DNA of 64,000 nt from Lingula anatina. Lineage: Eukaryota; Animalia; Brachiopoda. Under the pieces are notes generated by a model that saw nothing but the letters and a program-made list of their open reading frames with translations, was not told the origin of the DNA and did no database searches. Each line of letters starts with the position of its first letter. Position 1 is the stretch's first letter. Where the stretch lies: contig CM120645.1 of the NCBI GenBank assembly GCA_051362555.1, positions 17,918,001 through 17,982,000 of the forward strand. The letters are read 5' to 3'. Both the position numbers and the translations under genes were made by a program. Below, one piece after another: positions 24,230 through 35,577 of this stretch.

Positions 24230-24882
24230 AATTTTCATGGAGAGGGTTGGAAAATAGCGTTTTAGTAAGGCTTGTATAGCCGTGACAAGATCTTATCCCA
24301 CTGGAAATATTCACAAGCGCTTGCATTTTGACCACAAGTATGTTATGGAGTAATATGACCTGTAAACAGTGCAATTTTCAACTCTCTTGAAAAGATGCAA
24401 TAGTTGTGCTCTCTTCTGGTGTGAGCAGATATTTGGTGTTGCAATGCCATTGTTGTAATGGCTTTGTAAAAGTACTAATGTACAGTACAAAACCCATCAA
24501 ACACAATATAACAGATAACCAAGGAATATTGATGAAAATACAAATAATACTTTTTCATGTTTGGGAAATGAACAGAATTTTAGAAGATAAATTGTACTTT
24601 ATTCCATGTGACGACTTTATCCAAATTTACCCAATCATTAACAAGAGACTTTAGTTTGTAAATTACTTAACAAATTGTTCAGCTCATAATTCATTAGAAG
24701 ATTGTCTTGAGTTACAAAATTTAGTTAATATATTCAATAATGAAGAGAAGAGTATCCTTTTTATCCATCCCAGCCAAATGACTAAATCCTGTGTTCAACT
24801 TTTAGCAAATTCTTTAGAATACCTCATTTATAAAAGAAAATTCTCCATCTGTTTCAAAAAGAAGTTATTTTCTACTATGTGA
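24230..24882 (+). pseudogene. Decayed remnant resembling a Mutator-like transposase N-terminal Cys domain joined to a DEDDh-type exonuclease C-terminus
   Basis: One frame from 24361 reads CKQCNFQLS*KDAIVVLSSGVSRYLVLQCHCCNGFVKV...KRL*FVNYLTNCSAHNSLEDCLELQNLV...FSTM*. The CxxC...G...CxxC spacing and the AHxxxxD ExoIII-like motif were recognised from memory, not by search. Confidence 0.45.
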
Positions 24883-24947
24883 AATTAATCTAAACACAGA
24901 TAAACCACTATGAATAACAATGTGTATGAAAGTGATTAGAAATTTGT

Positions 24948-25022
24948 AGGATCCGCGGCGGACACCCCCCCCCCCCCCCCCCCCCCCCCATTTAAATTTA
25001 AGTAATCCTGGATCAGCCCCTG
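24948..25022. mobile_element. Right-end fragment of a CAGGGGC-GATCCAGG-type MITE with poly-C core
   Basis: Ends cctggatcagcccctg, related to the TIR at 20844; poly-C tract at ~24966-24989. Confidence 0.55.
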
Positions 25023-26610
25023 ATTGTATATCGGGCAATGGACATTAAACAATACCGGTAGGTCTACCGTCCGCGAAATTCATATTTGAACTAAAAATCA
25101 AAAGATCTGACCGAAATAGCTTGAACGTAGCGTTTCTCGGATGCGCTTGATGTTCCCCGATTCTCCTCCGATGCAGTGTGTTAGTTGTGAAAGATATGTT
25201 GATTGCGTTTTTCCTGCGGGGTCTTTTTTTTCACTAAGAGACTTGTTCATTCGGATCGGAATACTATTTTCAAGTATTTTGCACGTTATGGAATATATTT
25301 AGGGATATTAACGATGTAAGAAACTTCAATCACCACTGGCATCTTGCCTAACATATGCAAAAATGCAGTGAAGATTCTTTGGGATGGGAAAGAGCGGAAT
25401 ACATGTAGTTTTTGAAGTTAACACAATCGAAGAGGAGTGCATTTTAGTTTATTGGGTAAGTATAAAGACTGTTTGCTTCCCTTCTGTTAATGCTTTAAGA
25501 CTTCTGGTTTGTGATAAAAAAAAACAAATATTATCTACATTCGTGTCTTTCATTCTGTTTCTACAAAACCACACAAAACGGTGTTCAGTCATCCAAGTTT
25601 TTCTAACATTGCTTAAGTGACTCCGATATACAGTGATTGCTGTACATAAGACTGTGTGATGAGCATAATGCAGTTGCTGTTATTTTCTGTGTGTGCTATA
25701 TATATATATATATATATATAATAAAAACTGCATGTACATGTATGTTACATGTAAATCAAAATTCATTGACATTAGCATGGAGCATCACATAAGTATTGAA
25801 TTGTAACCTGTTCAGTAATAATTAAGTAAACTTCTAGTTGATGGATGACAGCTGGCAAGGTTTTTATCACTTGGAGCCTCAGCTGTCTTAATTTAGAAAA
25901 CTATGTAAAAGAATGTGAACCTTACGATCCAAAAGTACCCTTTCTGAAAGTGAGAGTAGGGGAGAGAAAATGCTTGCCATATCAATATGATTAAAGATAC
26001 ATCAATACATTATGCAGGTAAGGGATGGGACAATAATTTTCATGAGGCATGAATGCATGACAATAAGTCAAGGTTTATTGATAATGGGCCAAGTGTCACA
26101 AGAGGTCATATTTTATGGATTTTTAATGAATTAAAATCAAAATCTTTTGCAAAAAAAATTTGGTGAATGATTTGTCAACATGGTAATATATTCTTATGCT
26201 TATGAACAAAATTTGGAGCCTCAATAGTCTTATTTTAAAGAACCATGCCAACTAATAAAATGTGAACCTAACATTCAAAATATGGGTTCTTTGAAAGTGG
26301 GGATAGGAGAGAGAAAAGTGTCACTTAGATCCCACCCAGTTTTATATATATATGTTTAAAGTGATAAGGATTAATGTGAACTGATGGGTGGGAGTTGGGG
26401 GTGTGCTAAGCGAAAATATTTCACAGACTTTCAAATCGCTATATAAATAAAATTTCATTTAAACTTTCTGATGCCTGTGTACTGTCTGTCGTGACAGTGT
26501 ATTGTTCGAGACATCTAATAATTCACAGGCAATTTTGGTAACTTCACGTAATAACTTTTTACTGTAGTCTGTATCTCCTTATAATAAGTTATGTAAAGAG
26601 TCTAAAGAGG

Positions 26611-26742
26611 CAGAGTAGGCTTGTTGACTATTCTGATTAGATAGCCATTGAATAGGAAATTCATGAAGCCATGGCCTTGGTTTGATACTAAAGAGTGTGA
26701 TTCTCCACACATCGTCAGAATGTAGTCAACAAGCCTATTCTA
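26611..26742. mobile_element. ~130-bp MITE-like element with ~26-bp TIRs
   Basis: cagagtaggcttgttgactattctga (26611-26636) pairs with tcagaatgtagtcaacaagcctattcta (26715-26742). Confidence 0.7.
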
Positions 26743-29700
26743 CAAAGTCGTAGCCTCAGCACAGGTCAGTGCAACAATAATATTGTTATACTGGTGTTCT
26801 CATCGTCATTCTATTTGTTTGTAATCATTACTATTACTGTGTATGATGGTGTTGTCCCTGTATGCCTGTGTGTTTGTTTATCTTATGTTTGCTGTCTATT
26901 CTGTATTATTACTGAATGTGTTTGTATATAATGACTGTATACTGCTATATGTTTTCACTCTTTTTCCTTGTCTTCATTCCTATTACGATGTATGTTACTG
27001 TTGTCACTGTACATGTCAAATTTTTTTCTGATCACTGTGTATGTCTGTATTTTGACTGTGTTTGTTTTTATTTATTTTGATTACTGTGCATGTTGGTGTT
27101 GTTAATATTGTTGTTTGTATTAATTGTGAGCAATGTGTAATTCAGTTTTGTCACTATTTGTTTGTAATCATTACTATTACTCTACATGATGATGTTGTTC
27201 ACTATATGTCTATGTGTCTGTTTGAATTCTGTTTCCTGTGTTTATTCTGTATTGTTACTGAATGTGTTTGTACGTGTTAAAATGACTGTGCATGTCTATG
27301 TTTTCAATCTTTTTCCTTGTCTTCTTTCTTATTACGATGTACGTTACTGTTGCCATTGTACATGTCCAAATTTTTTCTGACCACTGTATATGTCTGTAAT
27401 TTTTTACTGTGCATGTTCGTGTTAGCATTTATAATGAGCACTGTGTCTGTTAGTATTGTCAATCCATTTGTTTGTAATCATTACTATATTACTCTGCATG
27501 ATGATGTTGTTCACTATTTATCTATGTGTCTATATATATTCTGTTTGCTGTGTCTGGCTATTTTTTTTTTTTTCTTTTTTACTCTTTTTCCTTGTGTTCT
27601 CATTACGTTAAACGTTACAGTTGTACTGTTGACACTGTACGTTTCAAAATTTATTCTGATCACTGTATGTCTATATTTTGTGTTACTGAATGTGTTTGTA
27701 TATATTGTGATGACTGTGTATAGCTATGTTTTTTACTCTTTTTCCTAGTGTTCATTCTCATTATGGTGAACGTTACTGTTACTGTACACGTCAAAATTTA
27801 TTCTGATCACTGCATATGTCTGTATTATGACTGTTTTTGATTGTATTTATTTTGATTACTGTGTTTGTTGGTGTTGTTACTGTTTGTGTTTGTATTTATT
27901 GTGATCACTACGCATGTCAGTTTTGTCACTCTTATTTGTTTTCATTCATTATTATTATTACTCTGCACGACGGTTTTTTCACTGTATGTCTATGTGTCTG
28001 GTTATATTCTGTTTGCTGTGTTTATTCTGTATTGTTACTGAATATGATTGTATATAATGTGATGACTGTGCACTGCTATGTTTTCAATCTTTTTCCTTGT
28101 CTTCTTTCTAATTTGTTTATTTATGTCTGTATTCTGACTGTGTTTGTTTCTATTTATTATGATTGCTGTGTTTGTTGGTGTTGTTACTGTTTGGTGTTGT
28201 TACTGTTTGTATTTATTGTGAGCACTGTGTATGTCAGTTTTTTTTTTTTACTCTGTTTGTAATCATTACCATTACTCTGCGTGATGGTGTTGTCACTATA
28301 TGTTTATGTGTCTGTTTATATGCTGTTTGCTGTGTCTATTCTGTATTCTTACTGAATGTGTTTATATATATTGTGATGTCTGTGTACAACTTCGTTTTCA
28401 CTGTTTTTCTTTGTGTTCATTCTTATTATGGTGAATGTTATTGTTCTCACTGTACATGTGAATTTTTTTTCTAATCACTGTGTATGTCTGTTTTGTGACT
28501 GTTTTTTGTTTGCATTTATTTTGATTACTGTGTTTGTTGGTGTTGTTACTGTTGATGTTTGTATTTATTGTGAGCACTGTGTATGTCAGTTTTGTTACTC
28601 TATTTGTTTGTAATCATTACTATTACTCTGTATGATGGTGTTGTCACTGTATGTCTATGTGTCTGTTTATATTCTCTTTGCTATGTCTATTCTGTATTGT
28701 TACTGAATGTGTTTGTACATTATGATATGACTGTGTACAACTTCATTTTAACTCTTTTTCGTTGTGTTCATTCTTATTACGGTGAATGTTATTGTTCTCA
28801 CTGTACATGTGAATTTTTTTTCTAATCACTGTGTATGTCTGTTTTGTGACTATTTTTGTTTGCATTTATTTTGATTACTGTGTTTGTTGGTGTTGTTACT
28901 GTTGATGTTTGTATTTATTGTGAGCACTGTGTATGTCAGTTTTGTTACTCTATTTGTTTGTAATCATTACTATTAGTCTGTATGATGGTGTTGTCACTGT
29001 ATGTCTATGTGTCTGTTTATATTCTTTTTGCTGTGTCTATTCTGTATTGTTACTGAATGTGTTTGTACATTATGAGATGAATGTGTACAACGGCGTTTTC
29101 ACTCTTTTTCGTCGTGTTCATTCTTATTACGGTAAATGTTACTGTTGTCACTGTACCTTTGATATTTTTTTCTAATCACAGTGTAATATTGTGTTTTGAT
29201 TGTGCTTGTTTTTATTTATTTTGATTACTGTGCATGTTTGTGTTGTCACTGTTCGTGTTTGTATTTATTGTGAGCACTGTGTATGTCAGTTTTGTCACTC
29301 TATTTGTTTGTAGTCATTACTATTACTCTGCATGATGGTGTTGTCACTGTATGTCTATATGTTTGTTTATATTCTCTTTGCTGTGTCTGTTCTGTATTGT
29401 TACTGAATGTGTTTGTACATTATGAGATGACTGCATGTGTACAACTTTGTTTTCACTCTTTTTCGTCGTGTTCATTCTTATTACGGTAAATGTTACTGTT
29501 GTCACTGTACAATGGAAATTTTTTTCTAATTACTGTGTTTGTCTGTATTTTTACTGTGTTTGTTTTTATTTATTTTTGTTACTGTGCATGTTTGTGTTGT
29601 CACTGTTCATGTTTGTATTTATTGTGACCACTGTGTATATCAGTTTTGTCACTCTATTTGTTTGTAATCATTACTATTACTCTACATGATGGTGTTGTCA

Positions 29701-32700
29701 GTGTATGTCTATGTGTCTGTTTATATTCTGTGTGCTGTGTCTATTCTGTATTGTTACTGAATATGTTTGTACATTATGAGATGACTGCATGTGTACAACT
29801 TTGTTTTCACTCTTTTTCGTCGTGTTCATTCTTATTACGGTAAATGTTACTGTTGTCACTGTACATGTCAAAATTTATTCTGATCACTGTGTATGATTGT
29901 ATTGTGACTGTTTTTCTTTGTATTTATTTTGATTACTGTGTTGGTTGGTGTTGTTACTGTTGACGTTTGTATTTATTGTGAGCACTGTGTATGTCAGTTG
30001 TTTTACTCTATTTGTTTGTAATCATTACCATTACTCTGCATGATGGTGTTGTCAATATATGTCTGTGTGTCTGTTTATATGCTGTTTGCTGTTTCTATTC
30101 TGTATTGTTACTGAATGTGTTTGTTCATATCGAGATGACTGTTTACGACTTCGTTTTCACTCTTTTACCATGTGTTCTTGTCATTATGGTGAATGTCATT
30201 GTTGTCACTGTACATGTGACTGTACATGTGTGACTTTTTGTTTGCATTTATTTTGATTACTGTGTTTGTTGGTGTTGTTACTGTTCATGTTTGTATTTAT
30301 TATGAGCACTGTGTATGTCAGTTTTGTCACTCTATTTGTTTGTAATCATTACTATTACTCTGTATGATGGTGTTGTCAGTGTATCTCTATGTGTCTCTTT
30401 ATATTTTGTGTGCTGTGTCTATTCTGTATTGTTACTGAATGTGTTTGTACATTATGAGATGAATGTGTACAACGTCGTTTTCACTCTTTTTCATTGTGTT
30501 CATTCTTATTACGTTAAATGTTTCTGTTGTCACTGTACATGTGAAATTTGTTTTTAATTACTGTGTTTGTATGTATTTTTACTGTGTTTGTTTTTTTTTA
30601 TTTTGGTTACTATGCATGTTTGTGTTGTCACTGTTCATGTTTGTATTTATTGTGACCACTGTGTATGTCAGTTTTCTCACTCTATTTGTTTGTAATCATT
30701 ACTATTACTCTGCATGATGGTGTTGTCAGTGTATCTGTGTGTCTCTTTATATTCTGTGCGCTGTGTCTATTCTGTATTGTTACTGAATGTGTTTGTACAT
30801 TATGAGATGACTGTGTCCAATTTCGTTTTCACTCTTTTACCTTGTGTTCATTGTCATTAAGGTGAGTGTTACTGTTGTCCCTGTACGTTTGAAATTTTTT
30901 TACTCTTTTTCCTTGTGGTCATTATCATTATGGTGAATGTCATTGTTGTCACTGTACATGTGACATTTTTTTCTAATCACTGTGTTTCTGTTTTGTGACT
31001 GTTTTTGTTTGTATTTATTTTGATAACTGTGTTTGTTGGTGTTCTTACTGTTGATGTTTGTATTTATTGTGAGCACTGTGCATGTCAGTTTTGTCACTCT
31101 ATTTGTTTGTAATCATTACTATTACTCTGTATGATGGTGTTGTCACTGTATGTCTATGTGTCTGTTTATATTTTCTCTGCTGTGTCTATTCTGTATTGTT
31201 ACTGAATGTGTTTATATATATTGTGATGACTGTGTATTGACTTTGTTTTCACTCTTTTTCCTTGTGTTCATTCCCATAATGGTTAATGTTACTGTTGTCA
31301 CTGTACATGTGAAATTTTTTTTCTAATCACTGTGTTTGTTGGTGTTGTTACTGTTGATGTTTGTATTTATTATGAGCACTGTGTATGTCAGTTTTGTTAC
31401 TCTATTTGTTTGTAATCATTACTATTACTGTGCATGATTGGGTTGTCACTATGTTTATGTGTCTGTTTATATGCTGTTTGCTGTTTCTATTGCGTATTAT
31501 TACTGAATGTGTTTGTACATTATGAGATGACTGTGTACAACTTCGTTTTCACTCTTTTTCATCGTGTTCATATTATTACAGTAAATGTTTCTGTTGTCAC
31601 TACATGTGAAAATTGTTTCTAATCACTGTGTTTGTCTGTATTTTTACTGTGTTTGTTTTTATTTATTTTGGTTACTGTGCATGTTTTTATTGTGACCACT
31701 GTGTATGTCAGTTTTGTCACTCTATTTGTTTGTAATCATTACTATTACTCTGCATGATGGTGTTGTCACTGTATCTCTATGTGTCTTTTTATATTCTGTG
31801 TGCTGTGTCTATTCTATATTGTTACTGTATGTGTTTGTACATTATGAGATGACTGTGTACAACTTCCTTTTCACTGTTTTTCGTCGTGTTCATTCTTATT
31901 ATGGTGAATGTTACTGTTCTCACTGTACATGTGAATTTTTTTTTCTAATCACTGTGTATGTCTGTTTTGTGACTTTTTATTTGCATTTATTTTGATTACT
32001 GTGTTTGTTGGTGTTGTTACTGTTATTGTTTATATTTATTATGAGCACTGTGTATGTCAGTTTTGTTACTCTATTTGTTTGTAATCATTACTATTACTCT
32101 GCATGATGGTGTTGTCACTGTATGTCTATGTGTCTCTTTATATTCTCTTTGCTGTGTCTATTCTGTATTGTTACTGAATGTGTTTGTACATTATGAGATG
32201 ATTGTGTACAACGTCGTTTTCACTCTTTTTTGTAGTGTTCATTCTTATTATGGTAAATGTTACTGTTGTCACTGTACACTGTCTGTACTTTTACTGTGTT
32301 TGTTTTTATTTATTTTGGTTACTGTGCATGTTTGTGTTGTCACTGTTCATGTTTGTATTTATTGTGACCACTGTGTATGTCAGTTTTATCACTCTATTTG
32401 TTTGTAATCATTACTATTACTCTGCATGATGGTGTTGTCCGTGTATCTCTATGTGTCTCTTTATATTCTGTGTGCTGTGTCTATTCTGTATTGTTACTGA
32501 ATGTGTTTGTACATTATGAGATGACTGTGTACAACTTCGTTTTCACTGTTTTTCTTTGTGTTCATTCTTATTATGGTGAATGTTATTGTTCTCACTGTAC
32601 ATGTGAATTTTTTTTCTAATCACTGTGTATGTCTGTTTTGTGACTGTTTTTTGTTTGCATTTATTTTGATTACTGTGTTGGTTGGTGTTGTTACTGTTGA

Positions 32701-35577
32701 TGTTTGTATTTATTGTGAGCACTGTGTATGTCGGTTGTTTTACTTTATTTGTTTGTAATCATTACTATTACTCTGCATGATGGTGCTGTCACTGTATGTC
32801 TATGTGTCTGTTTATATTCTTTTTGCTGTGTCTATTCTGTATTGTTACTGAATGTGTTTGTACATTATGAGATGAATGTGTACAATGTCGTTTTCACTCT
32901 TTTTCGTTGTGTTCATTCTTATTACGGTAAATGTTACTGTTGTCTCTGTACAAGTGAAATTTGTTTCTAATTACTGCGTTGTCTGTATTTTTACTGTTTT
33001 TCTTTGTATTTATTTTGATTACTGTGTTTGTTGGTGTTGTTACTGTTGATGTTTATATTTATTGTGAGCAGTGTGTATGTCAGTTTTTTTACTCTATTTG
33101 TTTGTAATCATTACCATTACTCTGCATGATGGTGTTGTCAATATATATCTATGTGTCTGTTTATATGCTGTTTGCTGTATCTATTGTGTATTGTTACTGA
33201 ATGTGTTTATTCATATTGAGATGACTGTTTACGATTTCGGTTTCACTCTTTTACCTTGTGTTCTTGTCATTATGGTGAATGTCGTTGTTGTCACTGTACA
33301 TGTGAAATTTTTTTCTAATCACTGTTTCTGTTTTATGACTGTGTTTGTTTGTATTTATTTTGATTACTGTGTTTGTTGGTGTTGTTACTGTTGATGTTTG
33401 TATTTATTGTGAACACTGTGTATATCAGTTTTGTCACTCTATTTGTTTGTATTCATTACTATTACTGTGCATGATGGTGTTGTCAATATATGTCTTTGTG
33501 TCTGTTTATATGCTGTTTGCTGTTTCTATTCTGCATTGTTATTGAATGTGTTTGTTCATATCGAGATGACTGTTTACGCCTTCGTTTTCAATCTTTTAAC
33601 TTGTGTTCTTGTCATTATGGTGAATGTTACTGTTGTCCCTGTACGTTTCAATTTTTTTTACTCTTTTTCCTTGTGTTCATTCTCATTATGGTAAATGTCA
33701 TTGTTGTCACTGTACATGTGAAATTTTTTTTAATCACTGTGTTTCTGTTTTGTTACTGTGTTTGTTTGTATTTATTTTGATTACTGTGTTTGTTGGTGTT
33801 GTTACTGTTGATGTTTGTATTTATTGTGGGCACTGTGTATGTCAGTTTTTTTACTCTATTTGTTTGTAATCATTACCATTACTCTGCATGATGGTGTTGT
33901 CAATATATGTCTATGTGTCTGTTTATGTGCTGTTTGCTATTTCTATTCTGTATTGTTACTGAATGTGTTTGTTCATATCGAGATGACTGTTTACGACTTC
34001 GTTTTTACTCTTTTTCTTTGTGTTCATTCTTATTATCGTAAATGTTACTGTTGTCACTGTACAAGTGAAATTTGTTTCTAATAACTGTTTGTCTGTATTT
34101 TCACTGTTTTTGTTTTTATTTATTTTGGTTACTGTGCATGTTTGTGTTGTCACTGTTCATGTTTGTATATATTGTGACTACTGTGTATGTAAGTTTTGTC
34201 ACTCTATTTGTTTGTAATCATTACTATTACTCTGCATGATGGTGTTGTCAGTGTATCTCTATGTGTCTCTCTATATTCTGTGTGCTGTGTCTATTCTGTA
34301 TTGTTACTGAATATGTTTCTACATTATGAGATGACTGTGTACAACTTCGTTTTCACTCTTTTTCGTTGTGTTCATTCTTATTACAATGAATGTTATTGTT
34401 CTCACTGTATATGTGAATTTTTTTTCTAATCACTGTGTATGTCTGTTTTGTGACTGTTTTTGTTTTTATTTATTTTGGTTACTGTGCATGTTTGTGTTGT
34501 CACTGTTCGTGTTTGTATTTATTGTGAGCACTGTGTATGTCAGTTGTTTTACTCTATTTGATTGTAATCATTACCATTACTCTGCATAATGGATCTGTCA
34601 ATATATGTCTGTGTCTGTTTATATGCTGTTTGCTGTTTCTATTCTGTATTGCTACTGAATGTGTTTGTTCATATCGAGATGACTGTTTACGACTTCGTTT
34701 TCACTCTTTTACCTTGTGTTCTTGTCATTATGGTGAATGTCATTGTTGTCACTGTACATGTGAAATTTTTTTCTAATCACTGTGTATGTCTGTTTTGTGA
34801 CTTTTTGTTTGCATTTATTTTGATTACTGTGTTTGTTGGTGTTGTTACTGTTGATGTTTGTATTTATTATGAGCACTGTGTATGTCAGTTTTGTTACTCT
34901 ATTTGTTTGTAATCATTACTATTACTCTGCATGATGGTGTTGTCACTGTATGTCTATGTGTCTGTTTATATTCTTTTTGCTGTGTCTATTCTGTATTGTT
35001 ACTGAATGTGTTTGTACATTATGAGATGAATGTGTACAACATCGTTTTCACTCTTTTTTGTTGTGTTCAATCTTATTACGTTAAATATTTCTGTTCTCAC
35101 TGTACATGTGAAATTTGTTTCTAATTACTGTGTTCGTCTGTATTTTTACTGTGTATGTTTTTATTTATTTTGGATACTGTGCATGTTTGTGTTGTCACTG
35201 TTCGTGTTTGTATTTATTTTGAGCACTCTGTATGTCAGTTTTGTCACTATTTGTTTGTAATCATTACTATTACTCTGCATGATGGTGTTGTCAGTGTATC
35301 TCTCTGTCTCTTTATATTCTTTTTGCTGTGTCTATTCTGTATTGTTACTAAATGTGTTTGTACATTATGAGATGAATGTGTACAACGTCGTTTTCACTCT
35401 TTTTCGTTGTGTTCATTCTTATTATGTTAAATGTTACTGTTGTCACTGTACAAGTGAAATTTGTTTCTAATTACTGTGTTTGTCTGTATTTTTACTGTGT
35501 TTCTTTGTATTTATTTTGATTACTGTGTTGGTTAGTGTTGTTACTGTTGATGTTTGTATTTATTGTGAGCACTGTGT

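Noticed and set aside
27185-27265. C/D-box snoRNA-like ATGATGA...CTGA in satellite monomers
   Set aside because: The C box is ATGATGG in nearly all monomers, the terminal stem is weak and the interior is low-complexity with no recognisable guide.
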